From Chiloscyllium plagiosum (Eukaryota), in the NCBI RefSeq assembly GCF_004010195.1, contig NC_057718.1, forward strand, positions 44,242,949-44,306,948: 64,000 nucleotides of DNA. The letters are read 5' to 3'. How positions within the stretch are numbered: the first letter of the stretch is position 1; each line of letters opens with the position of its first letter. Below are positions 1-13,373 of this stretch, one piece after another. Made by a program: the position numbers and the translations under genes. A model generated the notes under the pieces. The model was not told where the DNA came from. It saw only the letters and a program-made list of their open reading frames with translations, and ran no database searches.

Positions 1-89
1 TAATGTTCCTCCTAGGAATTGGCTGGGAGACATATAGTTGGAAGGCTTGGGGTGGAGACTTCTTCTTCCCACCTCCGTCCTCTTAAAAC

Positions 90-816
90 AAACTGCGCCC
101 ACACCTCCTCCCTCACCTCCATCCAAGGCCCTAAAGGAGCCTTCCACATCCATCAAAGTTCTACCTGCACATCCACCAATATCATTTATTGTATCCGTTG
201 CTCTCGATGCAGTCTCCTCTACATTAGGGAGACTGGACGCCTCCTTGCAGAGCGCTTTAGGGAACATCTCTGGGACACCCGCACCAATCAACCACACCGC
301 CCTGTGGACCAACATTTCAACTCTCCCTCCCACTCTGCCGAGGACATGAAGGTCCTGGGCCTCCTTCACCGCCGCTCCCTGGAGGAAGAACGCCTCATCT
401 TCTGCCTCGGAACACTTCAACCCCAGGGCATCAATGTGGACTTCAACCGTTTCCTCATTTCCCCTTGCCCCACCTCACCCCAGTTCCAAATCTCCAGCTC
501 AGCACTGTCACTATGACTTGTCCAGCTGCCTATCTTCTTTTCCACCTATCCACTCCACCCCCCTCCCCCCTGACTCATCACCTTCATCCCCTTCCACACT
601 CACCTATTGTACTCTATGCTACTTTCTCCCCACCCCCATCCTACTCTCATTTATCTCTCCACCCTTCAGGTTCTCTGCCTGTATTCCTGATGAAGGGCTT
701 TTGCCCGAAACATCAATTTTACTGCTCCCTCAGATGCTGCCAAAGCTGCTATGCTTTTCCAGCACCACTCTAATCTAGACTCTGCTTTCCAGCATCTGCA
801 GTCATTGTTTTTACCT
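90..816 (+). mobile_element. Penelope-like element remnant (GIY-YIG endonuclease C-terminus plus pseudo-LTR)
   Basis: ORF 19..516 contains TCTSTNIIYCIRCSRCSLLYIRETGRLLAERFREHL...HFNSPSH...LGTLQPQGINVDF, the typical PLE GIY-YIG region. It is followed by a pyrimidine-rich 3' tract and a pLTR ending ...AGCATCTGCAGTCATTGTTTTTACCT. Confidence 0.9.
687..714 (+). ncRNA. Minimal hammerhead ribozyme core in PLE pLTR (cleavage triplet GTC decayed to ATC)
   Basis: CTGATGA-AGGGC-TTTT-GCCC-GAAAC-ATC gives the CUGANGA box, helix II and GAAA box. Minimal hammerheads are an established PLE pLTR feature. Confidence 0.75.
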
Positions 817-2817
817 ACATTGGGGAATCGCCCAGTGGAACCTCCAATTTCCAGGTAATTCCTGTAAAGAATGCTACGTCAGGTATTCTGCAGGGTCCTA
901 ATATACATTATCCTTTCTACACTGTAGAAATTACTATCAGCCATTGGAAAATCCAAACCATAACATCTTAGCATCTTTCCTCATGTGATGTCATATTTAC
1001 CACTGAGTTTGCTGAATCTTGTGAACAGTTTGGGGTATCCATTCTCAAAAGGAACTGTTACACCTTTGCTGTTCCAATTCTTCAACCTTTTGAACAAGTT
1101 TGAGGACAAAACACATTTTCTTACTCAAGATTAAGCTTTTTTTGTTTAAGAATTACATGTGCATTCTCTACTTTGTGAAACAATCAATGTTACTTTGCTA
1201 TCTATCGCATACCATTCATGTTGAAAGTTCTACCTCCTGCACTCTGCTTCAAGTCTGCAGGCTATGATGTCTACTCCTTTATCTGTGGCATTTGGTTTGC
1301 TAGGGAATTGAAACTCATGCCTGTACCAAGCTTAAAATTTGTGAAATGTTCATTGACAAAATAAACTTGATCAAACTTGGGTCAATTGACTCACCAAATT
1401 TACCTTGGAATCCCCTAGCACCTTTCCAATAATAGAAGCTTTAGCTCATTAACACCTTTGTACGAGTAAGCCTTTGGCTTTCCACTACTTGGAAACTATG
1501 TCTTCCTTACTGTTACGATCATTGTTAAAATTAACTATCAATGTTTAACTTTCACCATTTATCTTGAATACATGAGATTTTATAAAGGACACTTCGGACC
1601 TAAAATGGCTGCAGTGATCTCTTGATAAGTCCACGCAACCACCATGCAATTTACAAGATCACTTGCCTCAGAAGAACCATTTTAATCATGGAGCATTAAA
1701 ACTCTGAAATATAGTACATATTTTATGTTTTACTCACAGTTGTATGATAACTGTACAAAAAAAAGATTAAAAATTGCCTGCAACTGTCCAGCTTGAAATG
1801 AAACAATCATCAGATACGAAAATTTGCAAAGGAACTGTATAACAGCACCCTGAGAGGGAGAACTTAATATGGACTAATAACAGCAGGGATACTGAAAACT
1901 CTTTTCTCTCTCTCTCTTAATCACAGAAACCAACGCTAGTTAAAAAACAACCCAGAAACATCATTGTTCACTGAGGACTGAAATCTGTACTTTGTCACTG
2001 CTAAAGAAACAGGACAGCATTTGTAGTTTTCCCAGCTGATCACCAAAGGAGGTCACACCACCAGATGCAGTAATCCTGTATCGAAGTGGCAACTGTCTCT
2101 GTTCACTGTCTCTTGTGAAAAGGCATGAATTGTGAAAGGAAACAACCATTTTCTCTCCCTTACCTCTTACCCATAGGGGTACCACTTGAAATCTGCCATT
2201 GCACACACATCTCACCAAGACTAATGGATTACAACATTCACTACTGCATGCATCATATTGACTCATTGCACGATTAGACGCCAGAGCACAATCTGATGAG
2301 CACGTTCCTGACATGCCTCTGTAGCAGTTCCCTGACACTGAGAGGCCTGCCACAGACTAGACACCTGCTCAACCTCAGGCAAAAGGTGATCAATAGTCTC
2401 AGAATAAACAGATTGCTTTCATCAAACTGCATGGACAGATACAGGAGCAACAGGCAGGTATGTCAGAGGCAGTTGGTAAATTAGATCTCAGGACAGAGGA
2501 ATACACCAATGTTATCAGTGCTGTGTTGGTTCTGACATGTGTCTGACAGTGGCCAGGCTGGCTACTGCCAAGGAGACCAAGGTCCATCAAACTGAGTATT
2601 GCCAGATGCACATACACAGACTCACACAGTTCAGGACATCTAGTGCATGTTCCAGAGTCTTGCATCAAAGATCACAGACAAGCTCAACATTGATGGAGTG
2701 GAAGATTTTTCTGTTTACAAACTCCGTTAAGTTGGAAATAGGTACAAGTCATTATGATTAGTTAGGTATAAAATGACGTGAGCCAGAGATGACATGGCTG
2801 ATGCCATCAGGATCTAG

Positions 2818-3305
2818 AGTTGCACCCAGTGTGGTCTCCTCTACACTGGGGAGACAGGATGCCAACTTGCAGATCATTTCAGACAGCATCTCTGGGACAC
2901 TCAGAACAACCAACCCTACTGCCCCATGGCTGAACACTTCAACTCCCCCCCCAACTCCTGGGCCTCCTCCATAGCCAAATCCTAACCACCCGACGCCTGG
3001 AGGAAGAATGCCTCATCTTTCGCCTTGGGGCACTTCAACCACATGGGATCAATGTGGATTTCACCAGTTACCCCATTTCCCCTCCACCCACCTTATCCTA
3101 GTCCCAACCTCGCAACTCGGCACCGCCCTCTTGAACAGTCCTACCTGTCCATCTTCCTTCCCACCTATCTGCTCCACCTCTTCTCCAATCTATCACTTTC
3201 ATCCCCATCTTCATCTACATATCCCATTCCCAGTTACCTTCCCACCAGGACCATCCCCCTCCCATTTATTTCTCACAAGCCTCATTCCTGATGAAGGGTT
3301 TATGC
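2818..3305 (+). mobile_element. Degenerate Penelope-like element 3' fragment, truncated inside its hammerhead by a CR1
   Basis: Nucleotide similarity to 90-816 (CTCCTCTACACTGGGGAGAC, CCTGGAGGAAGAATGCCTCATCTT, ATCAATGTGGATTTCACCAG). Ends at CCTGATGAAGGGTTTATGC. Confidence 0.85.
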
Positions 3306-3307
3306 AC

Positions 3308-3846
3308 ATCAACCAGATCTAAACTGATCTAGTCATCTGTCAGAATTGGGACCATATCCATCTAAACCTTCCTAGTCATCTACCTACAGATGCCTTTTAA
3401 ATGGTGTAATTGTACCAGCCTCCACCACCTCCTCTGGCAGCTTGTTCCATACACACACTACCATCTATGTATAAAAGTTGCCCCTTCGGTCCCTTTTAAA
3501 TCTTTCCCTTCTCACCTTAAACCTATGCCCTCTAGTTTTGAACACCCCTACCCTGAGAAAAAGACCTTGACAATTCATCCCATTCATGTCTCATGATTTT
3601 ATAAACCTCTATAAGGCCACCTCTCAGCCTCCAATGCCCCAGCCTATTCAGTCTCTCCTTATAGCCCAAACCCTCCCATTCCAGCAAATTCCTGGTAAAT
3701 CTTTTCTGATCCCTCTTCAATTTAATAATATCCATCTTAGAACAGAGAGATTGTATTGTATTGTATTACTATTCAAATTCTAGTAGTGTTCTAAAAGTAG
3801 ATTCACTAATGTCCTGTACAGCTGCAACATGACGTCCTAAATCCTA
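3308..3846 (-). mobile_element. CR1-type LINE 3' fragment (continues at 6257-6311)
   Basis: Minus ORF IIKLKRDQKRFTRNL...LNRLG..RLRGGLIEVYKIMR is CR1 ORF2 C-terminus. The sequence resumes at 6257 (CCTGTACTCAATG...GCATGCCAAACACCTTC), colinear with the uninterrupted copy near 58990-59060. Confidence 0.85.
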
Positions 3847-3992
3847 TGTCGGACCAAATTACTGCAAGTACTGGAATCTATTCTGAAAACAAAAAATTGC
3901 TGGAAATTACAGTGGGTCAGGCAGCATCCATAGAGAGAAAGAGAGCAAGCTAACATTTCAGGAAGAGATGACTCTTCATCAGTGCCGACATG

Positions 3993-5960
3993 TCAAGTCG
4001 GCATAAGGAGGGAGGAAGTGTTGGATATTCTAAAAGGCATTAAGATGAATAAGTCCCCACGTCCGGATGGGATCTATCCCAGGTTACTGAGGAAGCGTGA
4101 GAAGAAATAGTTGGGGCCTTAACAGATATCCTTATTGCATCCTTGAACATGGGTATGGTCCCAGAGGACTGGAGAATAGCTAATGTGGTCCCCTTTTTTT
4201 TATGAAGGGGAGCAGGGATAATCCATGTAACCATAGACTAGTGAACTTGATGTCAGTGGTAGGGAAGCTGCTGGAGAAGATACTGAGGGATAAGATCTAT
4301 TTACGTTTGGAAGAACATGGGCTTATCAATGATAGGCAACATGGTTTTATGCAGGGAAGGTCATGTCTTATCAATTTAATAGAATTATTTGAGGAAGTGA
4401 CAAAGTTGATTGATGAGGGAAGAGCTGTAGATATCATATACATGGACTTCAGTAAGCGATTTGATAAGGTTCCCCATGGTAGGCTTATGAAGAAAGTAAA
4501 GTCGCATGGGGTCCATGGTGTACTAGCTAAGATGGACAGAGAACTGGCTGAGCAGCAAGAGACAGAGAGTCGTAGTGAGAGGGAGTTTCTCAAAATGGAG
4601 AACTGTGACCAGTGGTGTTCCACAGGGATCAATGTTGGAGCCACTGTTGTTTGTGATAGACAAAAATGATTTGGAGGAAGGTATAGTAGTCTCCAAAGTT
4701 TGTGCGAAGATTTGTAGCTCGGGTGCTTGTTGTTGTGGTTCTGTTCGCCGAGCTGGAAGTTTTTGTTGCAAACGTTTCGTCCCCTGGCTAGGCGACATCA
4801 TCAGTGCTTGGGAGCCTCCTGCGAAGCGCTTCTTTGATGTTTCCTCCGGTGTTTATAGTGGTCTGTCCCTGCCGCTTCCGGTTGTCAGTTTCAGCTGTCC
4901 GCTGTAGTGGTTGGTATATTGGGTCCAGGTCGATGTGTTTGTTGATGGAGTTTGTGGATGAATGCCATGCCTCTAGGAATTCCCTGGCTGTTCTCTGTCT
5001 GGCTTGCCCTATGATAGTAGTGTTGTCCCAGTCGAATTCATGTTGCTTGTTGTCTGCGTGTGTGGCTACTAAGGATAGCTGGTCGTGTCGTTTCGTGGCT
5101 AGTTGACGTTCATGTATGCGGATTGTTAGCTGTCTTCCTGTTTGTCCTATATAGTGTTTTGTGCAGTCCTTGCATGGTATTTTGTACACTACCATGGTAT
5201 AGTAGCAAGTTTGCAGATGACACTCAGATTGGTGGAGTAGCAGGGGACTGTCAAAGAATACAGCAGAATATAGATAGATTGGAGAGTTGAACAGAGAAAT
5301 AGCAGATGGAGTTCAATCCAGGCAAGTGCGAGGTGATGCATTTTGGAAGATCCAAATTAAGAATGAACTATGCACTAAATGAAAAAGCCCTGGAGAAAGC
5401 TGATGTACAGAGCAATCTAGTGTTCAGGTCCATTATACTCTGGAGGTAGCAATACAGGTCGATAGTGGTCAAGAAGGCATACGGCATGCTTTCCTTCATT
5501 GGATGGATATTGCCTGGTATGGGGGGACACTAGCTGTGAAGAGACATTGAGTAGATTGGGATTACTTTCATTAGAAAGATGAAGGTTGAGGGGGGGCTGA
5601 TTGAGATCTACAAAACCATGAGAGGTTTAGACAGGGTGGATAGCATGAAGCTTTTTCTCACAGTGTTCATGAGTTTAAGGTGAGAGGGGAAAAGTTTAAG
5701 AGAGATTATGTGTGGAAGGTTCTTTATGCAGAAGATGGTGGGTTTCTGGAATGTGTTGCCAGCAGAAGTGATAGAGGCCGGCATGATAGCGCCATTTAGG
5801 ATGTATCCAGACAGATAATGAATGGGCAGGGAGCAGAGGGATATAGATCTTTAGAAAGTAGGCAGCAGGTTTAGATAGAGGATCTGGATCAGTGCAAGCT
5901 TGGAGGGCGGAAGGGCCTGATCTTGTGCTGTAATTTTATTTGTTCTTTGTTCTTTGTTCT
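3993..5960 (+). mobile_element. 5'-truncated CR1 LINE (reverse transcriptase region, degenerate)
   Basis: ORF 4202..4669 with QHGFMQGRSCLINLIELFEEVT...[35 protein letters not shown] at ~5205; (TTCTTTG)n tail ending at 5960. Confidence 0.95.
4690..5195 (-). mobile_element. Penelope-like element (Poseidon-type GIY-YIG) inserted in the CR1, with 10-bp TSD and hammerhead core
   Basis: ORF VVYKIPCKDCTKHYIGQTGR...REFLEAWHS. TSD GGTATAGTAG at 4680-4689 and 5196-5205. Minus-strand CTGATGA-TGTC...GAC-GAAACGTT near 4771-4804. Confidence 0.92.
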
Positions 5961-6379
5961 ATGAAGGGTGGAGGGGACACCATTTATGCAATAGTGGGAG
6001 GTGGTGGGGGAGGGCTGCTGAGGGAGAGAATCTGTTGATAGTGCGGATTATGTGATTGGAATGTGAGCTTCATCTCACTGTCAACAGCCTTTCTCGCCTA
6101 TCCTCCATCCTATCCCACCCCCGCCTATTGCATACATGCCGTTCCCCCCACTCTTCATGTCAGCTCTGATGAAGAGTCATCTAGACTTGAAATGTTTGCC
6201 TGCTGTCTCTCCATGGATGCTGCCTGACCCGCTGCAATTCCCAGCAATTTTTGTTTCCTGTACTCAATGTACTGATCAATGAAGGTAAGCATGCCAAACA
6301 CCTTCACCACCCATTAACCCTTTCAGAATCATTGCCTTGTACAACACTATCTACTCACTCCAGGCTCCAAATCATTCAG

Positions 6380-6540
6380 GGAGAAAGTAAGCATTGCAGA
6401 TGCTGGAGATCAGAGTCAAAAGAGAGTGGTCTGGAAATCCTCAGCTGGTCAGGCAGCATCCAAGGAGCAAGAGAGTCAATGTTTCGAGCATAAGCTCTTC
6501 ATCAGGAATGTGTGTTTCCAGCACCACAATGTTCAACTCC
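6380..6540 (-). mobile_element. PLE pLTR fragment with hammerhead core and short inverted arm
   Basis: GGAGAAAGT...TGCAGATGCTGGAGATCAGAG...GTTTCGAGCATAAGCTCTTCATCAGGAATG; same family as 39227-39437. Confidence 0.8.
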
Positions 6541-7247
6541 AAATCCTTAATGCTGTTTCTTTCTTTGCAGCAACATACGCATAGTGAAAATGCTCCTGAC
6601 TTGTTGTTATGCAGAAAGCTGCAATACAGCCTAAAGTTCCTCACAATTTCCGTCAATGAGGTGTCATCACTTTATTGGAATTATGATCTAAGCATGCTTA
6701 CGAACCTAAGCTAAATTTATGTCGTATATCTGATGAATTATAATAGTTTCTGTTACACTTGTGACACAGTTACAGCCGCTCAACAATAGAAATCCAAAAA
6801 CTTTTTCTCCGCCAAGCTGAGGAGTAATTAACCTCTTTTCAAAATTTCATCTTATATAAATCTTATACTTTGAACTTCTTCCAAGTTTGTTTATTGGAAG
6901 AGAATACAAATACTGAAGGGAGGCGAACTGACTTCTACATTTTCTTCATAATCAAGCTACAACTTTTTGTGCAAAACAAAGGATAAAAATAGAGACCTGT
7001 GTGGTTCACTTTGCCTCATAACTTGTGCTAAAATGTTCATATTCACTCTATTAACTCATAAGTAATAGCAAGCTTTGTCAAATGAAATCAATTGACTGTT
7101 CCTAGTAAACGTTAAATGTTCAATACCGTCTGTCATCACAAGCACAGTTCCTCTCTAAATAAATAAAATTAGATATAACCAACCTATTTTCTTCCAGACT
7201 TACATATATTAAATGGATGAATGCTTTAACTTATTTCTGATTTACAG

Positions 7248-7601
7248 ATTGCCTGTTGGGACTCAGGAAGAACTGCTGATTTTCGTTTGGTCTGAAGGTG
7301 CTTTGGAGTTTATAGATTCTTCAGATATGCGTCACCTTATACTAGATATCAGTATTGTGTCAGAGCTCATAACTCCAGGGGATCAGCAGACAGTCTGTGG
7401 ACTTTCATGCAAGCTCTTGAAGCAGCTCCTCAAGGCATAGTTGCTCCCTTTGCTCAAACCACAAGTGTATTCTCGGTCATATTGCACTGGACTGTACCAA
7501 GCTTTCCTAATGGAGTTATTTTTCAATACTGTGTTGTCTATCAAGAGAGAAACCATGATCCAGCAATTAATAAATCCATCAGTACAGCAGTAACAATACC
7601 A
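7248..7601 (+). pseudogene. USH2A: Inactivated usherin FN3 exon (homologous to human USH2A exon 61)
   Basis: Acceptor tttacag at 7241-7247. Translates LPVGTQEELLIFVWSEGALEFIDSSDM, then a 1-nt deletion near 7330, then PYTRYQYCVRAHNSRGSADSLWTFMQALEAAPQGIVAPFAQTTSVFSVILHWTVPSFPNGVIFQYCVVYQERNHDPAINKSISTAVTIP. Remembered human sequence: FVWSEGALEFMD...YEYRVRACNSKGSVESLW...YRVVYQERPDDP. Length 354 nt versus a recalled 355 nt. The donor reads ATAAGC instead of GTAAGC. Confidence 0.93.
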
Positions 7602-8239
7602 ATAAGCAAAAAATAAAACATCTAGCTTATTTAACATTTCACATATTTGTTTCTTTTTCATTTATGGTCTTACTCAATGGATTGTTCATGTATTTGATTA
7701 GTTCTTTGTCTGGACTTGGATAAGAATAGCCTTCAGGCTGAATATGAGGGTGCCTGTGGCTTAAACCTCGGTTTTGCCATTGCACCATCTCAGATTTCAC
7801 CAATGTACCATGTGACACATGTGAAGAAATGTCTATAATATTTATATTATATTTTAGGATTTGAAAATTAAAATAGGGGCAAATGAATGTGGGTCTGTTC
7901 TGTGAAGATAATATTTTGGTACAGGTCAGGAATTGTGTTTGGAACAGTGACACAAGTGCATCAACTCTAAGAAAAAATGCAATTGCAGTCAAGTGGCAAT
8001 ACTCCCATAGTCTTGATGCTTATACTGCTGAATTGACAATAGATTAGATACCCTATAGATTTAGCCTTGAGTTCAGATCAAAAGAATCAGGAGTGCTGTT
8101 CAGAAGGGGTAACAGTTTCTTCTAACAAAAGAATTAAGTTTTTAGTTAAGAGTAACAGTCACCCCAGACAAAGTGTTTTAGTTGTGGAGCTTTAAACTGG
8201 GGGAGATTGTACAAAAATCTTCAAGTTGTTAAATTGAGA

Positions 8240-8640
8240 AAAGGTTAGGCCATCAGATTGTGAGAGATTATCCATTCTGGACATCGCTGAAGATAATGAA
8301 TCCTTGGAGGAGTGCAACAAGAGTGAAGCACCACAGGTGACCTAGCTGTCTAGGGGGAGAGAAAGAAGAGTGGAAGGGAGGCACAGATAGGGGATTCTGC
8401 CACAGGACTCAAAAGGGAATTTAAAAATGTTCTACATGGTCCAAAGATAAGAAACTGAGATGAGTTAGTTAAGCAAAATCTTAAAGATTTGAGATAGGAG
8501 TAGAGCTTCTCTCAAATAGCTGTTCATATAAGTTAGTGGTGACTATTCAATAAAAAGTGAAACAAGCTTCACCTTCACAATTCATCGGATGCATGTCTAT
8601 GAGCTGGTTGGGAGTTTTGGAGGAACAAAATAACCAAAAC
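8240..8640 (+). mobile_element. Probable very degenerate CR1 5'/ORF1 remnant
   Basis: GGAGGAGTGCAAC...GGGGGAG...ATAGGGGATTCT resembles the start of the CR1 ORF1 esterase-like region (IGDS motif). No open frame remains. Confidence 0.4.
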
Positions 8641-11600
8641 TCTCTGATTTCATGCAAAGGCAATCCCCCCTCTTTCAGGAAATGTACACATGGAATTCAG
8701 CTGTTTGATAAATATGCTTCTTATTCCAAGTTTGCTGATGCTTGTAGATATTGTGAAGCGAGATGAAAACATAAAGGCTAGATGGATGAAGGGAATCAGC
8801 TAATGTTGCAAGAATGGTAGTGCTAAGGATTGTGGAAGTATTATTGTATTGGTAAAGGAAGGATAGTTTAGTTGATGTGCTCTTCTTTGTGCTATCCTGT
8901 AAGAGGCACTGGCAGCAAAGGCTGCTGGTGACCTTGCATAGCCAGCATTTGTCCAGCTGCTCCTCCTGCTCTTGTTGCTGTTGACCACAAGCAATGCTTC
9001 TGAAATACAGACAGTGTTGCAGCACTGCCAATCGTGAGGGTTCCAAATCTTGTTTGTATGTCACATTATCCACTGATTGGCAGACAATTACACATAAATC
9101 ATTATTTCATTTTTTATTTTAAAATGTTGTCGGACCTGTTAGCCTTTCCAATGTTTTCTCTTTTTATTTCAGATAGTCAGTATCTGTGGCTATTTTATTC
9201 ATGAGAAAAATAATCAGAGAAAACAAGTGCAAAAATCGCAAATTCAAATATTTGCTTTTTCCCCCAATAATGTTCAGTAGACCTTGCCCCCAGAGAAGGC
9301 AATTGATTGAAAGACAACTGGCAATATCAAAAAAGAACTTAATCAGTTTGGAGTTATAGAGACTTTTAAGAGTTCCCACTTTCAATAGAAATCCCACTTG
9401 CTTTCTGCTAACCAAGGTGAGACGTAGAACTTTGGGGGCTGTGGAATTCAACTTCAGCAGGGCATGAGTGAGCATGAAACTTCTGTCCAATATACAGCTT
9501 GTCTGAGTGGCCTTTTTGTTATTTTGAAGAGAGGAAAATCAGGCAAATGCATTGAAGTTGGCCAGTCCCCTTCTGCGTGATTTGTGTCTCTGCTGATGTT
9601 GGATTTCACTTGTTTACTAATCTTTAAAGTAAGCTTCAAAGGGAGAGGCAGAGAAATCTGTATTAGAATAGTTTACAAGGACACAAAATGAATTAAAGCA
9701 TAATGGATCAGATGTTTTTTTGATACAGACCTTTGTTCTATGTTGAAAAAAAGATAGAGACATGGTGTTTCAGCTCAGCAAGCTCAGATGCCACAGCCCA
9801 TGCGATATATCACTGCAGGAGCATTCTGCATAAAATATCTTGCCAGATTCCTCCCTCCATAAGTCTTAAATCATGCAACAAAAAAAAATGAATAACAACA
9901 CCCTTTACAACACTGCTTAATTACTTGGCAAATCAGATGGACATGCATCTCCTTTCAAATTGACACTACAACGTCTAGTAGTCCACTTAGACAGCAAGCC
10001 AGTCTAAATATGCTGCCAAAGCTCAGAGAGCATAATGCAACTATTGTAAGGAAAGGAGATATATGGGAATTATGAACAGATGACCACATTTTCATAGTTC
10101 AAAGCTAATCAAACTTAATGGAGACTTCAGAGCTAAAAGTCAGCAGCTGTTATGGACAGGTGACTACCCTAACTGTTCTATCATAACCTGTAATGTAATG
10201 GGAATATCATTAGGATAGGGGTTACTTGCTGTTATTGGCAGGTGACAGCTTTATTGAAGTTCAGAGACTATTAACCCCAATGGGCTAATCATTTGGACAA
10301 GAGGTTAATTACTTCTATGGGCAAATAACCACTCTGTTTTGTGAATGCATAGCGCTAGTTCATAACTACAAAATAATATCTGGATTGGAACGTAACACAT
10401 AATTAACATTGATCAGTATTTTTTGTACAACATATAAACCACATTCTGGTCAATAAAATTGTGCAAAAAGCAAATTATGTCAAAAAAAAAACTCATGACA
10501 TACAATCATTTTCAAAAGCATTCAATGTCAGAAATGCATTCTAGAGTTTGAAAGGTTTTGAATTATCCTGTTGTTTGTTTGACATTTGCTGCATTGATAA
10601 GCAGTATGAAGATAATTTGGTTGCGATAGGTTGCTCCTGTTCTGTTTTTAGCCTTGTGTTATTTGCTACTTATGAAAACTTTATTTACTTATCAGCAAAA
10701 GTATGAATTCAGTTGCAATGTTAACTAAACATTATCTTTCAATATTTGAACAAAAATAGTTGATTGCAAAGCTCAAATGGAAAGCAAAAGAAATCTAATG
10801 CACTGACAGCTTTTTTTTGTAACTGGAAGATAATTATGGCAATACTATTTTTCCTGAAGCAGTGGCTGATATAATGGCCAGATAACCATGCATGCCAGAG
10901 GCAGTCTCTGTATTTTTTTTAGGACGGTATTGATCACCACTGAGCTGAGGTTTCAGCTCCATGCCAGATTGTTTGATTAATGGATTGGTTTCTAAAAGAG
11001 GACTGAATGGGGATAGAAAATGCAGGCGGTCTGCACTGCCACTGTATATCCGTCAAGAAGTACACACCTCATTATAAAATGGTTATCAAGTATACATGAA
11101 AAATTAATTGGACTCAGTTTGATTCTGAAAAGAATCAGCTTTCAGCACCGCAGTCCCCAGAACTTTCCAGATGTGCTTTGTGGCCCCTAGAGAAGGAGCG
11201 ATGGGAGATGTATTAATACATCGTATTGATTGGATCAGGACCTCTGACAGTCATTTGTAGAGATACCATCTGTCTGCTGTTCACATTCCTTCACCAGAAC
11301 AGGACGTGACAGATTATTAATCTCAACTCTTGAAGTATAGACAGTCCCCTTTCTGCTAAACTGCATTCCGATTCTGTAGGAGATGAAGCAGACCTGAAGG
11401 GTGCAGAAATTAAGGTTATTACACAAATTGAGCCATATGGTACAAATACTGAAGTGAGAAAATTGCCAGGCAATAAAAATTGTGCTGCCTTCCTAATGGT
11501 GTAAATTACAGTTAACCATGGCTCTAATGATGTCCTTCTGCTGCATTTAACTACTGTTACATGAAGGACATTGTTTAAAAAATAAAAAAAAACGTGAATG

Positions 11601-13373
11601 CCAACAGCATGTGTAACAATCTGTTAGATTTACATTAGGAAAATTGTCAACAGTAGGTAAATATGTGTGCTAGCCAAGAAACCAGAAGTTACAGAAAACA
11701 AATTGTTCATAAATCTTTGCCATATCGTTGTACTTAACCTTTTGAAGACTGAACATCCCTTGTAAATTAAACATTCAAATCTTTATGATTGTATAAAATA
11801 TTTACACAAAGGTACTTTAAATTATAATTCTGAAAATTGCTAAGCATAAAGAGCAAAGTAATATACCCCATGCATGAGAAGTGAACTGTGAAAATATTAT
11901 CTCAATTTTCAATGTCATCATTATCATTTACAGGAACTTTCTTCTTACTGTTTTTTGGTCCCAAGAACTATCATATGCTTTTATGTTGTACAATATTATA
12001 TTTCATCTGTTTCTCATAAAGCTGCTTAAAATTTTCAACACCCTTATTATTCTCTATGTTTTAATAAAGCTAATGATGATCAAAAAGTATTTAAATATAA
12101 CTTATTTCAAGAAGTAAAGAAAGATATACTGGCGCTACACACACACTTTCTAAGCTAAACATCATTGTAATGTGATTTTTACAGAAATTGGATTTTGTTA
12201 CCTGCTAATGATTTCTCACTTGGCATAAGAAGGAACATTAAACAACTGTCCACTCAAGACTAATTTCATACTAACTAAAACATGAATGTAAATATAAAAA
12301 TATGTTTTAAAAATCATAACAAGCTTCTTTAAGCACTCATAGGTGTATGATAAACGAATATTTGTACAGAGCCTTCCACTATCATGCTTTCACGATAATC
12401 AGCTTGAAGGATAGTATGATAAGAATTCTCTTAAAGAAGCTTTTCAAGTTTCTTTTTTATTATGTGCAATAATAGATGTTGTAATCTAGACTGCAATGCA
12501 GAATACAAAAGGAAATATACATCAATTGCAATGCAAATCATATTTAACTCTGAAACAAAAAACAAAATTGTTCAATATAAAGAGTGGCATATTTTACATT
12601 TTTACCTCTCTAAATTAAGATGATTGTCTTCATGTTAAAGTTACACAATGCAAGGAGTGCAAAATTACATAATACAGCAATATGGTAAAGGGCTATTTCA
12701 TAATGCTAACACCTCAACTGTCTGAGATACTACATTATTATTTTCCTATTATTCATTAATAATAGCATATGCCACCTCTAACATTAGGATTTTATGCCAT
12801 CAGTAGCTCATCCACCTAGTTTATGAGGTAAAATTGAACCATTTAATTGAGAGATCTAGCTGATACCTACTCAGATATTATTATCAGAGGAAAAAAACAA
12901 AAGCGGGCGTGACAATACATGTCAGAATTGAAGAAATATGTAAATTAAAGAAATTCAAAATTTAATATAAGACCCAACTTTAAATTCACAGAAATGAAGC
13001 TCTAGTCTCCCTTCCATTGACAAGACCAAATGCAGACTGGGTCATCACTTCATGGATCTGCTGTGTCCTTAAGAATGACCCCACCCTTTCCAGTTGATTC
13101 CCATTTCAATAAACCATAATGCTGCCACGCTAATATTTCCATCTGGGCTTGTTACAGTGTTCCAACAAAGATCAACACAAGCTGAAAAAACAACACCTCA
13201 TTTTCCACTTAAGCAATTTACAGGTTCTAGAAATTTACATAGAGTTCAACAAGTTCAGAGCATGATGTCTGTTCACCAGCTTGATTACAACCCCAAACTG
13301 TGCTCTGTTTGTGTTTGTTGACTTTGCTTTCAGCAGAGCTGATCCATTTTCTCCTTTTGATACCTAACATTTA

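Larger units (their letters stand above)
3855..6256. mobile_element. Palindromic PLE pLTR element (arms ~3855-3992 plus 5961-6066 and ~6067-6256), split by a CR1 insertion
   Basis: Left arm GGGTCAGGCAGCATCCATAGAGAG...GATGACTCTTCATCAG is the reverse complement of right arm CTGATGAAGAGTCATC...CCATGGATGCTGCCTGACCC. Hammerhead-like CTGATGA...GAAA core near 6166-6192. Confidence 0.75.
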
